The translations under genes and the position numbers were made by a program. A stretch of DNA of 64,000 bases from an uncultured delta proteobacterium (GTDB lineage: Bacteria; Myxococcota_A; Polyangia; Polyangiales; Polyangiaceae), in contig CAWJCS010000003.1 in the NCBI GenBank assembly GCA_963841435.1, positions 1,280,001-1,344,000 on the forward strand, read 5' to 3'. The notes below the pieces were generated by a model that saw nothing but the letters and a program-made list of their open reading frames with translations, searched no databases and was not told the origin of the DNA. The stretch's first letter is position 1. The number at the start of each line of letters is the position of its first letter. Positions 13,045 to 23,854 of the stretch are shown here, in pieces.

Positions 13045-14370
13045 GTGCCCCATCGCGAGCTCAATTTCGACGGTCTCGTCGGGCCGAGCCACCACCATGC
13101 GGGCTTGAGCCCAGGCAATCTCGCTAGCGAGCAGCACCGCGGGGAAGTCGGGAACCCGCGGGCCGCTGCCCTGCAGGGGCTCCAGAAGATGCGCCTGCTC
13201 GCGGACCTCGGCGTCGGCCAGGCGGTGCTCCCTCCTCAACCACGGCCCGACCTCGGGTTCCTGCGACGCTTGGGGTTCGGCGGGGACGAGGGCGCGGCCC
13301 TCGGGCGGGCGCGGCGGGAGGCGCCCGAGCTGCTGTCGGCGGCTTGGAGCGCCAGCGCGATGTGGGCGGCAAACGCCGCCACCGTCGCCCCCTCGTGCGA
13401 CGCGCTCGACGGGCGCGTCCACCTCGTCCCCGCGAACCTCTGCGCCATGCTCCACCGTGGCATCGAGCCCGTCTACACGCGGCGCGCGCTCCTTGGGATC
13501 TTCCCCGATCCCGAGCGCTTCGTCGTGCACGAACCGCTGCCCGCGAGCGACGTGCTCGGCGACGAGGGCGCCGCGAACCACCTGGCGCTCCGAACGAAGG
13601 ACGCCACCGTGCACCTTTTCGGCTGGGGTCGCGCGCACGACGCTGACGAGCGGCCGCGGCGCTATCCCGCGCGCCAGACGCGCGAAGCGAGCGAGGCCGT
13701 GGCGCGACTGCTCGCGCTCGAGCCGCAGACGGCGCTCTTCTGGCAGCAGTCGCCGGAGGGCATCGACGCCGGCGCATTTCACAGCGACGTGCTCGCCGTC
13801 GGAAACCAGTCGTTTCTGATGCTGCACGAAGCGGCATTCCTCGAGAGCGAGCGCCTGCTCGAAACGCTGGAGCAGCGCCTCGGCCCGGGGTTTTCGTACT
13901 GCCTGGCGAGCGCGAGCGAGCTTCCTCTTCGTGACGCGATCGCTGCGTACCCGTACAACTCCCAGGTCGTGACGCTGCCGACGGGGTCGATGGCGATCGT
14001 GGCACCGCGCGAGGCCGAACGCTCGGCGACGGCGCGGCGCTTTCTCGAGCGCGTGGTCGCGGGCGACAACCCCGTGACGGCGCTCCACTACGTTGACGTG
14101 AACGATTCGATGCTAAACGGCGGCGGGCCGGCATGCCTCAGGGTGCGTGTCGCGCTCGAAAGCGCCGAGCAAGCGGCGCTCGGCGGCCGGGTGCTCTTCG
14201 ACGACGAGCTCGAGGCGAAGCTCAGAGCGTGCATCGAATCGCGCTATCGAGACCGGGTGACGCTCGACGACCTTGCGGACCCGAGCTTCGTCGAGGAGTG
14301 CCGCGCCGCGCTCGACGACGTGACGCAACTCCTCGAGCTCGGCTCGCTCTACGACTTTCAGCGAGCCTGA
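13045..14370 (+). CDS. astB: N-succinylarginine dihydrolase
   Basis: [57 protein letters not shown]. Confidence 0.9.
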   Translation: MPHRELNFDGLVGPSHHHAGLSPGNLASEQHRGEVGNPRAAALQGLQKMRLLADLGVGQAVLPPQPRPDLGFLRRLGFGGDEGAALGRARREAPELLSAAWSASAMWAANAATVAPSCDALDGRVHLVPANLCAMLHRGIEPVYTRRALLGIFPDPERFVVHEPLPASDVLGDEGAANHLALRTKDATVHLFGWGRAHDADERPRRYPARQTREASEAVARLLALEPQTALFWQQSPEGIDAGAFHSDVLAVGNQSFLMLHEAAFLESERLLETLEQRLGPGFSYCLASASELPLRDAIAAYPYNSQVVTLPTGSMAIVAPREAERSATARRFLERVVAGDNPVTALHYVDVNDSMLNGGGPACLRVRVALESAEQAALGGRVLFDDELEAKLRACIESRYRDRVTLDDLADPSFVEECRAALDDVTQLLELGSLYDFQRA

Positions 14371-17111
14371 ACGCCGGCTCGCGCCCCGGCCCAACGCGAC
14401 TTACGACGCCGGAGCCCCACGAGGCCGAGTAGGGCCGACAGCAGCGCGAGCGGGACGTCGTTGGTCGAGCCACCGGGCACGGCGCAGCCGCAGCCGCCGC
14501 TCTTCTTGCTGACCGAGGTCCTGCCAACCCCTGGCGCTTCGCCGGCTTGGCCCGCTTCGGGGCTCTCGCCGCCGACCGACGCGCCGCCCGTGCCGCTCCG
14601 ACCACCGCCTGGGGCAGCGCCACTGCCACCCGTCCCACCGCCCGTCGTCTCGTTGCCTGCCTCGCCGCCGGCGCCCGCCTCAACCGCGCCGGCCTCGCCG
14701 CCGCTCGCCGTGGTGCCACCCGTCCCACCCGTCTGCGTCGCCGAACCGCCGCGACCGCCCGACGTGCTGCCCGTGCCACCCGTCCCACCCGTCCCGCCCG
14801 TTCCACCCGTCCCGCCGCCGCCCGTGGCGGCACCGGCTCCACCCGTCCCGCCACCGCCGCTGCCGCTGCCGGCGCTGCCCGCCGTGCCGCCCGTGCCGCC
14901 CGTGCTGGGCTCGCACACCCCCGCGGAGCAGAGCCCACCCGTGCACGGGGTGTCGTCGGCGGCGCTCGGGTTCGAACAGGTGCCGCTCGCAGGATTGCAG
15001 GTTCCGGCGACGTGGCAGGCGTCACTCGCGGAGCACACGACGGGCGCGCCGGCGCAGACGCCGCCGCCGCAGGTGTCGCTCGCCGTGCAGGCGTCGCCGT
15101 CGTCGCAGGCGACGTTGTTGTTCGCGTGCACGCAGCCCGTCACCGTGTCGCACGAGTCCGTGGTGCAGGGGTTGGTATCGTCGCAGCTTAACGCCGAGCC
15201 CGGCTGGCAGCTCCCGCCGCTGCACTGGTCGCTCACCGTGCAGGCGTTACCGTCGTCGCAGGGCGTGGCGTTCGCGGCGCCGGCGCAGGTCGCCGTCGCG
15301 CGGTCGGCCATCACGATGCCGTATCCCGAGTCGCGGTCGACACCCGAGGCCGCGATGTCGAGCGACGTCGTCTGGAGCACGGTGCGCATCTGTGTGGGCG
15401 TGAGTGCCGGCTTCGACTGGAGCAGCAGCGCGGCGATGGCAGCGGCGTGAGGCGCGGCCGCCGACGTGCCCGTGAAGGTGGCGAACCCGGGCGTCGCCGT
15501 TGCCACGCGATCCGCGGCAACGAGGTCGGGCTTCTGGCGCACGATGCCGCCCGTCGCCGAGTAGTTGCCCGGCGTGAGAGGCGTGCCGTCCGCGGCGAAG
15601 AACATGCGGCGCGGGCCGTCCGCGCTGAACGTTTCGACGGAGTTCGTCGAGCCCCCGACGAACGCGCCACCACCCGCACCGAGGACGCTCGTCGCGCCGA
15701 CCGCGTAGGCGCTCGCAGCCGCGGCGTGGCCCCAGATTTGCCCCGGCGTGGCCGTGGAAAGCCCCCCGCCGGTGGCGATGACGCGCAGGAATCGATTCGC
15801 GCCCGAGTAGAGACCCACGACGAGGCGGCGCCCGGCGTCGTTCGTGCTCGAGCTGTCGAGGAACTCGAAACCGTCCTCCGTGCCCGCCTGAAGGTTGATG
15901 CTCGCATCGATCACCGTGGAGAGCGACCCGTCGAGCAAGAACAGGTCGTAGTCGTTGGCGGACGCCAGCATCGCGTCCGCCCATTGCAGCGTGATCCACG
16001 AGGTGGGATCGACGCTGATCAGGTCCGACACCTGGCCGCCGCCGAAGTCATGCAGTGCCGTGACCTGCATCTCCTGGGCATTGACGGGCGCGAGCGTGCT
16101 CGAGGCCAACGCAAAGTCGCCCTCCCAGACGCTCGCCGTGCCGGCGTCGAAGTTGCCGCCGTTGCCCGCCGAGGAAAAGTAGAGCACGCCCGTCGCCGTC
16201 ACGTTCTCGACCGCCTGAGCAACGAGGTCGTCCTGGAGAGCCGCTTCGTTGACGTAGACGACGTCGTCGACGATCACATCGGCGCCCCGCGACGCGAGCT
16301 CGGTGATGTTCTGTGCGAACTGGGCCATTCCGCCGCCGGCGGTCGCGAACAAGAGCTGTGCTCCCGGCGCGAGATCGTAGAGAACCTCGAGCATCGCCGT
16401 GCCCTCGTCGCCGCTTCCCGCCTGACCCGGCACGACCGTCACCGCGGGCAGATCGCCGGTGGCCTGCCGCGCGGCGAGCGAGTTGACACCGTTCGAGAGC
16501 AGGCCGATTTTGATGCCGGTTCCGTCGATGGAGTGGCTCGAACGCGCCACAGCGGCGCGGTGCGCGACGTCACCCTGCGAGGTGTTGGTCTTCTGCACCA
16601 ACGCGGGTGCGGCGCGCCGGATTGTGCGTACCCCAGGCTCGGCCGCCAGGCTCTCGAGACCAGAAAGCGGCATGGTCGCACGAAGCGCGCCGAAGCGCGG
16701 AACCCAGCTCTTGACCACGCCGCCGAGCGCGCGCAGGCGCTCGAGCACGCGCTCGCCATCGGTGACGCGGATATCGACGAGCACCGCGCCGTCATGGAGC
16801 TCGACGGTGGAGCGCAGATCCGGAAGCGCGCGAAACAGCTCGTCGCCACGCTGCCGCCGGACCTCGAGGAGGAGCGACGAATCGATCTTGCGTTGCGTGG
16901 CGGTGAAGGCGCGCTTTTCGGCCCCCAAGCGCCGCATTTGCTCGAGCGCGCTCGTCTGGATGCGCGAGCGGTCGGGCGGCGCGACGGGAGCTCTCGCCGT
17001 GTCATCGCCGAGCGGGCGCTCTTCGGACGGCGCGAGCTTGCCGCAGCCGAGAGCAAGCGCTCCGAGCGCGGCAAGGCTCAGGGCTCGCAACAGCTGCTTT
17101 TCAACAATCAT
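14358..17111 (-). CDS. S8 subtilase-like lipoprotein with Cys-rich repeats, Gly/Thr linker and MYXO-CTERM-like sorting signal
   Basis: Lipobox LALGC; GDEGTAMLE, SSAGNGG, FTGTSAAAPHAA; CDDGNACT repeats; C-terminal GGCGCAV...TM-RRRK. Confidence 0.88.
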   Translation of the reverse strand: MIVEKQLLRALSLAALGALALGCGKLAPSEERPLGDDTARAPVAPPDRSRIQTSALEQMRRLGAEKRAFTATQRKIDSSLLLEVRRQRGDELFRALPDLRSTVELHDGAVLVDIRVTDGERVLERLRALGGVVKSWVPRFGALRATMPLSGLESLAAEPGVRTIRRAAPALVQKTNTSQGDVAHRAAVARSSHSIDGTGIKIGLLSNGVNSLAARQATGDLPAVTVVPGQAGSGDEGTAMLEVLYDLAPGAQLLFATAGGGMAQFAQNITELASRGADVIVDDVVYVNEAALQDDLVAQAVENVTATGVLYFSSAGNGGNFDAGTASVWEGDFALASSTLAPVNAQEMQVTALHDFGGGQVSDLISVDPTSWITLQWADAMLASANDYDLFLLDGSLSTVIDASINLQAGTEDGFEFLDSSSTNDAGRRLVVGLYSGANRFLRVIATGGGLSTATPGQIWGHAAAASAYAVGATSVLGAGGGAFVGGSTNSVETFSADGPRRMFFAADGTPLTPGNYSATGGIVRQKPDLVAADRVATATPGFATFTGTSAAAPHAAAIAALLLQSKPALTPTQMRTVLQTTSLDIAASGVDRDSGYGIVMADRATATCAGAANATPCDDGNACTVSDQCSGGSCQPGSALSCDDTNPCTTDSCDTVTGCVHANNNVACDDGDACTASDTCGGGVCAGAPVVCSASDACHVAGTCNPASGTCSNPSAADDTPCTGGLCSAGVCEPSTGGTGGTAGSAGSGSGGGGTGGAGAATGGGGTGGTGGTGGTGGTGSTSGGRGGSATQTGGTGGTTASGGEAGAVEAGAGGEAGNETTGGGTGGSGAAPGGGRSGTGGASVGGESPEAGQAGEAPGVGRTSVSKKSGGCGCAVPGGSTNDVPLALLSALLGLVGLRRRKSRWAGARAGVQAR

Positions 17112-17257
17112 CGATTCCCCGACCGCACCTCATTTATATCCAGGTATCGGTGCCTCGTCTAGCGCTCTTTCACCCCGCCACTCGCCCCACCACTTCCGCC
17201 GCGACGGCGGCGCTCGGTCAGGCGCGCCCGGCCTCGAGCCATCGCCCGACTGTCGGC

Positions 17258-19043
17258 TCAGCGCTCGCCCTCGAGGTCCACGGTGCTGGCGAACTCGCGG
17301 TAAAGGGCCGCGTAGTGGCCACCCTTCGCCAAGAGCTCGTGATGGTCACCCCGCTCGACGATACGACCCTGATCGAGCACCAGGACCTGGTCGGCGTGGC
17401 GCACCGTGCTCAGCCGGTGGGCGACGACGAAGCTCGTGCGACCCGCGAGCAGTCGAACGAGAGCCGCCTGCACCCGTGCCTCCGTCACGGTGTCGACCGA
17501 GCTCGTCGCTTCGTCGAGCAAGAGGATGCGAGGATTGGCGAGCATGGCGCGCGCGAAGCAGACGATCTGGCGCTGCCCCAGCGAAAGGCCGCTCCCTCGC
17601 TCGCCGACCTGGGTTTCGAGACCGTCCGGCAAGCCCTCGAGCAGGTCGAGCACGTCGAGCGAGCGCGCCGCCTCACGGACCTCGGAAAGCGATGCTCCCG
17701 GCCTTCCGAGTCGGATGTTGTCCGCGACGCTGCCGGTGAACACGAAGTTTGCCTGCGTTACGCTCGCGATCTGGCGGCGTAGTGACCGGCTCGTCACGCC
17801 GGCGATGTCCCGCCCGTCGACCAGAATCGTGCCGCTCGTCGGTAGATAGAGCTTGGCGACGAGGCTCATGAGCGTGCTCTTGCCGCCGCCCGTCGGGCCG
17901 ACGAGTGCCAGCGTCTGACCGGGCCCTGCCGCGAGCGACACGTGGTCGAGCACGCGCCGACCGGGTTCGTACTCGAACACGACATCGCGAAGCTCGACGC
18001 GCCCCTCGACGGGCGGCAGCTCGGCGGCGCCCGGGGCGTCGCGGAAGTCGGGTGGCTGGTCGAGCAGGGCGAAGACCCGCTCGGCGCCGGCCATGGCCGC
18101 GAGCGCCTGGTTGTACTGGTTGCCGAGCATGGGAATCGCGCCGAAGAAGGCGTTCGACAGGAAGAGGAAGGCGATGAGCGCGTCGAGCGGCACGTGGCCG
18201 GCGAGCGCCTGGTAGCCGCCGACCACGAGCAAGATGGCCAAAAACAGTTGCCCATTGAGCTCGAGCAGCGGCTGGAACACGGCAGCCTGCTTGGCGGCGC
18301 CGAAGTTGTAGCGAGAATGGTCGAAAATGAGCTGGGCGAACAATTCGCCGTTGAGCCCCTGCCGCACGAAGCTCTGGATCTCGCGGATGCCGGTGACGCT
18401 CTCGGCGAGCCGCGCCGTCACACGGCTGAAGCTCTCCTGCTGCGCTCGGTAGGCGCGGCTGAGACCGAGCCGGAAGTAGCGCACGAGCCCCCAAAGGATG
18501 GGCGCCATCGCGAGCACCACCAGAAAGAGCTGCCAGTCGTAGTAAAGCATCATGGCCGCCGAGATCAGCAGATTGCCCAGCTGAACGGTGCTGACGAACG
18601 CCACGTCTTGCACGCCGACGCGCACAACGTCGACGTCAGAGGTGATGCGGCCGAGCAGGCGACCGATCGGCGTGCGCCGAAAGAACGCCATCTGCATCGT
18701 CAGCAGGTGCGCGTAGATCTCGTTTCTCAAGTCGTGGACGACGGCTTCTCCGAGCTCGAGCGCCAGTCGCGAGCGATACACGAAGCAGATCTCCGTCACG
18801 ACGACGAGGGCAAGGAGCCCCGTGACACCACGCACGATGCCGGGTGCGTCCTGGTGCGCGATGGGTCCGCTGATGACGCGGGCGGTCGCCCAGGTGACGA
18901 ACGGCAGCTGGATGGAGCGCACGACGACCAGAAAAAATAGCCAGTTTCGCAGCCGCCGGTGCGGGCGCGTGTAGCCGAGCAAGCGCCGGATGATGGCCGC
19001 TTCGAGCGGACGCTGGTTGAACGCTCCGGGGCGGGCGTTTCAC
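17258..19043 (-). CDS. ABC exporter subunit (TMD + NBD); start probably GTG 19043 with an extra A
   Basis: GPTGGGKST, LSLGQRQ, ILLLDEATS, AHRLST; the frame continues upstream (NQRPLEAAIIRRLL) to the preceding stop. Confidence 0.88.
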
Positions 19044-20900
19044 GCGCGCACCCCCCGGCCCTCGAGCAGGCTCTGGCTCTCGGGGTCCGCAATCTGTAGG
19101 GCGGCGTTTTCGAAGTACAGCCCTCGCCGTCGCATGAGCTGTTCGTGCGTGCCGTCCTCGACGAGCCGCCCCCGGTCGAGCACGACGATGCGCTCGGCGC
19201 GCCGGAGCGTCGACAGACGGTTGGCGACGAGGAGCGTCGTGCGACCGCGCCGCGCGCCGTCGATGGCATCGAGGATCTCCGTCTCGGTCCTCGCGTCCAC
19301 GGCCGTCGTGGGGTCGTCGAGCAGCAGGATGGGCGGATCGGCGAGCACGGCGCGCGCGATGGCGAGGCGCTGTCGTTGTCCCCCGGAAAGATTGCCCGCG
19401 CCCTCCTCGAGGAGCGTGTCGTAACCTTCGGGAAGGCGCGCCACGAATTCGTGAGCCCCGGCGAGCCGCGCTGCCGCCTCGATGCGCTCCCGGCTCGCGC
19501 CCGGCAGGCCGAACGCGACGTTTTCCGCCACCGTGGCGCGGAAAAGCAGGCTCTCTTGGAAGACCAGGCCCACCTGCCGCCGCAGGCAGTCGAGGTCGAG
19601 CGACCTCACGTCGAAGCCCCCGACTTTCACGCTGCCGGCGGTGGCGTCGAAGAAGCGCGGTACGAGCCCGAGCAGCGTGCTCTTGCCGGCGCCCGTCGCG
19701 CCGAGGATCGCGACGCAGGTCCCGGGCTCGATCCGAAGATCGATGTCGGAAAGCACGTCGCCTGAGCCATAGCGGAACGACACGTGCAATAGCTCGATGC
19801 TGCCCTCTAGGCGCTCACGCACGACCGGCGACGGCGGGCTCTTCACGTCGAGCGGCGCGTCGAGCACCTCGAACACGCGCTCTGCGCCACTCAGGCTCTG
19901 TTGCAGCGTATTGACGATGCCGGCCGCGCTCGCCACCTGCGCCGAGAACTGCTGCAGGAGCCCCGCGAACACGATGAGCTCACCCAGTGAGAGCACGCCG
20001 CGCACGACGAGCGTACCGCCGTACGAAAGCAGCACGGCAACGTTCAGCTGAGAAATGAAGCCGATCGTGGGACTGAAGCGCGAAACGCGCACGAACAGCG
20101 AGTGCTGCGCCGTGCGCACCTCGCGGTTGCGCTCGCGAAAGCGCGCCATCTCCTCCGGCTCGCGCCCGAACACCTTCACGACGAGCATGCCGCGGATGCC
20201 CTCGGCCATCGCCAGAAGCAGGCGGTCGGCGAGCTCGCGCACGTGGAGGTAGCCCGGGCGCACGAGCCGCGAGAAGCGCACCGTCACGAACCACAAGAGC
20301 GGGGTGAGCGCGAGGCACACGAACGTCAAAGCGACGTGCGTGCGCAGCATGTAGACGAGGTAGAGGCCCAGCGAGAGCACCATGATCAGCCCTTGCAGGA
20401 GCACCCCGTCGACGAACGAGCGCACGGACTGCACGTCGCCCGTGACGCGATTGATGATCGAGCCGCTCGCGTTGTCGTCGAAGAAGCGGAAGCTGAGACG
20501 CTGGAGCTTGTCGAACACCCGCGTGCGGAGCTCGGGCACGAGACGGAGGTGCACGAGCTTACCGACCGTGCTGGAATACGCGTACGAAAGCAGCGTACGC
20601 ACGAGCGCCATCCCCAGCACGGCCGCGCCGAGGGCGAGGAGCGTCCGCTCGACACCGAAGCTCTCGGGCGGCGCGACACCGAGCGGCCAGCGCGGAGCCG
20701 GAGAGCCGGGCCTGAGCGCTTTGCGGACGATGTCAACGGCGACGCCGCTCAGACCGAGACCCGTCACGCCGAGCGCGAGCAACGCGACCTGGGTCGCGAA
20801 AATCGTGATGCACTCGCGGGGATAGTCGAAAGCTCAGGGCGAGGAGGCGCCTCACGAGCCCGGCGCTTTCGCTTTCGCGGGGGGCTCCGGGGTCTGACAT
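19040..20900 (-). CDS. ABC exporter subunit (TMD + NBD), degenerate-site partner; frameshift near 20830
   Basis: GATGAGKST, LSGGQRQ, LLLDDPT (D in place of the catalytic E), ANRLST (N in place of H), the pattern of heterodimeric exporters. ATG at 20900 joins the ORF if one T is removed. Confidence 0.88.
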
Positions 20901-20960
20901 CGCGGGCGCTTCTTAGCACCGCTCTTCGGGTTCCCGCGCACCGGCTGAACCCGAAGGCAC

Positions 20961-20989
20961 TTGCCGAAGGTCGGGCGCTGGATTATTCT
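20961..20989 (+). promoter_or_regulatory. Putative sigma70-type promoter for the DAHP synthase leader
   Basis: TTGCCG-N17-TATTCT. Confidence 0.65.
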
Positions 20990-20996
20990 GAAGTTC

Positions 20997-21074
20997 GTGA
21001 GTTCGGTGCATCGTTTCTATTGGTTCGGCTATTGGCCCGCGGACACGCGGTGCCCAGGGTCGAGCCCCGGCTAG
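20997..21074 (+). CDS. Aromatic-amino-acid-rich attenuator leader peptide (MSSVHRFYWFGYWPADTRCPGSSPG)
   Basis: GTG-started 25-codon ORF with F-Y-W-F-G-Y-W, between a promoter and a terminator in front of DAHP synthase. Confidence 0.75.
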   Translation: MSSVHRFYWFGYWPADTRCPGSSPG

Positions 21075-21095
21075 AACACGAAGCTGCCGAAAGTC

Positions 21096-21136
21096 GAAAC
21101 CCCTGGTCGCCGCAAGCGCCCGGGGGTTTTTCGTTT
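21096..21136 (+). terminator. Intrinsic terminator / attenuator upstream of DAHP synthase
   Basis: AAACCCCTGG...CCGGGGGTTT hairpin followed by TTCGTTT; its 5' arm is complementary to CCAGGGT in the leader ORF. Confidence 0.75.
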
Positions 21137-21150
21137 AGGGACCCCTTTTC

Positions 21151-22222
21151 ATGCACGAAACCAAGAACCTTCGCATCGTCGATACCACCTTGCTTCAGAG
21201 CCCGGAGACCATCACGACCGAGATCCCCCTCACCCCGAGGGCGGCCGACGTCGTGGTGCGCGCGCGGCGCGAGGTCGAGGCGACAATCCTGGGCAAGAGC
21301 CCCAAGCCCATCGTGATCGTCGGGCCTTGCTCGATTCACGACCCCGAGGCCGCCATCGACTACGCCACGCGCCTGGTTCGACTGCGCGAGCGCGTTTCCG
21401 ACGCGCTCACCGTGATCATGCGCGTCTACTTCGAGAAGCCGCGCACCACGGTCGGCTGGAAGGGGCTCATCAACGATCCGCACCTGAACGGCACGTTCGA
21501 CATCCCGACGGGCATTCGGCGCGCCCGCTCGTTGCTACGCGATCTCGCCGAGCTCGGGATGCCCGCCGCCACGGAGCTGCTCGACCCAATCATCCCGCAG
21601 TACATCGCGGATCTCGGTTTCCTGGGCCGCCATCGGCGCGCGAACCACGGAGAGCCAGACCCACCGCGAGATGGCGAGCGGCCTCTCGATGCCGGTCGGC
21701 TTCAAGAATGGCACGGACGGCTCCTTCGGCGTCGCCATCAACGCCATGCTCGCGGCCGCGCAAGCCCACAGTTTTCTGGGCATCGACGCGCTCGGCCGCG
21801 TGAGCGTCGTACGAACGGCGGGCAACCCTCACACGCACCTCGTGCTGCGCGGCGGCGCGAGCGGACCGAACTACGACGCGGCAGCCGTGGCCCGGGCCGT
21901 GGAAGCGCTCGGCCGCGCGCACGTGACACCGCGCGTGCTCGTCGATGCGAGCCACGACAACAGCCAGAAAAATCACGAGCGCCAGACGGAGGTGTTGGCC
22001 GAGGTGGGTCGGCAGTGGCGCGCGCCGTCGCCCCACGTGATGGGCGTCATGATCGAGAGCAACCTCGTGGCCGGCCGTCAGGATCTCAGGCACGGCGAGC
22101 GGCTCGCCTACGGACAGAGCATCACGGATGCGTGCGTCAACTTTGCGACGACCGAGCAGGCGCTGCTCACCCTCGCCGAAGACGCGGCTCGGCGCAATCT
22201 TCCCGTGGCAGCGGCCGGCTGA
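21151..22222 (+). CDS. 3-deoxy-7-phosphoheptulonate (DAHP) synthase, class I-alpha (AroF/G/H type); frameshift near 21617
   Basis: VGPCSIHD, MRVYFEKPRTTVGWKGLINDP; after the shift AIGARTTESQTHREMASGLSMPVGFKN, DASHDNS, YGQSITDAC. Confidence 0.93.
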
Positions 22223-22268
22223 GCGGTTCCTGCTCGACTGGCGCGCCGTTTCGGGCCAAAAACCGGAG

Positions 22269-23795
22269 ATGCGCTGGAGCGCCCGGGCACGCCTCGTACC
22301 GCTTTGGCTTTGCGGCGCCCTCGCTGCGTGCGCCAACGACGCGAGCGAATCACCGGGCGGCTCGGGCGGCACGCCGAGCGGCGGAGCGGCGGGCACCGCG
22401 GCGGCGGGTACGGCGGGCGCGCCCGGTGGCGGCGCCGGAACCGCGAGCGGTGGCGGCGCGGGAGTAGGCGCCGCGGGCTCGAGCAGCGGCGGCAGCGCGG
22501 CGACGGGCGGCGCGGGTGCAGGCGGGGCAGGCGCGAGCGGCGGGGCGGGCGCAGGCGCCGCGGGCAGCGCGGGTCTCGGCGGCAACGCGGGCGGCGCGGG
22601 CACGGCGGGCGCGGGAGCTGGAACTGGTGGCGGCGCGGGAGACGCCGGAGCGGCCGGCATGCCGGGCATCGCGATCCCGCGGGCCGGGCGCTGTGCGGCG
22701 CCGAGCGGTGCGCTCGTGAGTGACGCACGCGCTGCGTACGACAAGTGGAAGGCCGATCTCGTGTGGTCGGACGGCGCGAACGGCGCGCTACGCGTGCGTC
22801 GCCCGGATTCGAACGGGGCCGAGGTCAATTCGACGGTCTCCGAAGGCATCGCGTACGGCATGCTCGCCGCGGTCACGATGGACGACCAGACGACCTTCGA
22901 CCAATTCTGGCGCTATTCCCAGCAGTGGCTCGACGGGAACGGTCTGATGAACTGGTACATCAACGCCGCCGGCACCCAGGCGCTCGGCACGGGTGCGGCG
23001 AGCGACGCCGACGAGGACATCGCGTTCGCACTGCTGCTCGCCGACGCGCGCTGGGGCGGCAGCGGCAGCCTTTCCGACAGCTATGCCACGCTCGCGGCAA
23101 AGCAGATCGACGCGATCTGGCAGCACGAGGTCGACCACGGCAGAAACGACGTGCTCACGCCCGGGGACCAGTTCGCCGACGGCTCGGTTATCAACATTTC
23201 CTACTTTGCCCCGGCGTTCTATCGGGCGTTCGGACGCGCGACGAACCAAGAGGCCAACTGGACGGGGGTCGTCAACGCGAGCTACGACGCCATCGAGGCG
23301 GCGCTCAACGCCACCAACGGGAATCAAGACAACGGGCTGGTCCCAGCCTGGTCCACGCCGGCCGGCGTCCCCCAGACTCCCCCGAACACGAGCCACCCGA
23401 TCCACCACCAGCTCGACTCCTGTCGGACGCCCTACCGTCTCGCGCAGGATTACTGCTGGAACGGCGAGCCACGCGCGCTTGCCTACCTCGAGAAGATTGG
23501 CTCGTTTTACGCCACGGTGGGCGCCATGAACATCGTGGACGGCTACGACCTCGACGGGACGCCGCACCCGCAGTTCGCGTCCGTCGGCAATCAGTCCGCC
23601 GCCTTCGTGGGCACGGCGGCAGTGGGCGCCATGGCGACGCCGGCGTTCGCCCAGCTGCGCGACGAAGCGTACGCCGAGGTGGCGACACTCACGCTCTTCG
23701 CGGGCAGCACGTACTACAACGAGTCGTGGACGGTGCTCTCGCTCGTCATGCTAACGGGCATGATGGACGACTTGACGCTCGGGCCCGAGCCCTGA
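22269..23795 (+). CDS. Glycoside hydrolase family 8 lipoprotein with Gly/Ala-rich linker
   Basis: Lipobox LAAC; TVSEGIAYGMLAAV, ASDADEDIAFALL, NISYFAP, YYNESW. Confidence 0.85.
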   Translation: MRWSARARLVPLWLCGALAACANDASESPGGSGGTPSGGAAGTAAAGTAGAPGGGAGTASGGGAGVGAAGSSSGGSAATGGAGAGGAGASGGAGAGAAGSAGLGGNAGGAGTAGAGAGTGGGAGDAGAAGMPGIAIPRAGRCAAPSGALVSDARAAYDKWKADLVWSDGANGALRVRRPDSNGAEVNSTVSEGIAYGMLAAVTMDDQTTFDQFWRYSQQWLDGNGLMNWYINAAGTQALGTGAASDADEDIAFALLLADARWGGSGSLSDSYATLAAKQIDAIWQHEVDHGRNDVLTPGDQFADGSVINISYFAPAFYRAFGRATNQEANWTGVVNASYDAIEAALNATNGNQDNGLVPAWSTPAGVPQTPPNTSHPIHHQLDSCRTPYRLAQDYCWNGEPRALAYLEKIGSFYATVGAMNIVDGYDLDGTPHPQFASVGNQSAAFVGTAAVGAMATPAFAQLRDEAYAEVATLTLFAGSTYYNESWTVLSLVMLTGMMDDLTLGPEP

Positions 23796-23854
23796 GCGGA
23801 CGGCGAGCCGGGGCACTCGCGCCGCCGAACGTCGCTCCGGGCGGCCGCGGCGCG

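Noticed and set aside
14560-14910. Tandem ccacccgtc-type repeats (and similar GC-rich repeats at 22350-22660) as non-coding repeat elements
   Set aside because: They encode Gly/Thr/Ala-rich linkers inside CDSs.
19030-19045. Stop-codon read-through fusing the two ABC subunits (same frame, single TGA)
   Set aside because: Removing one A from GTGAAA gives an ordinary GTGA overlap start, consistent with the window's insertion errors.
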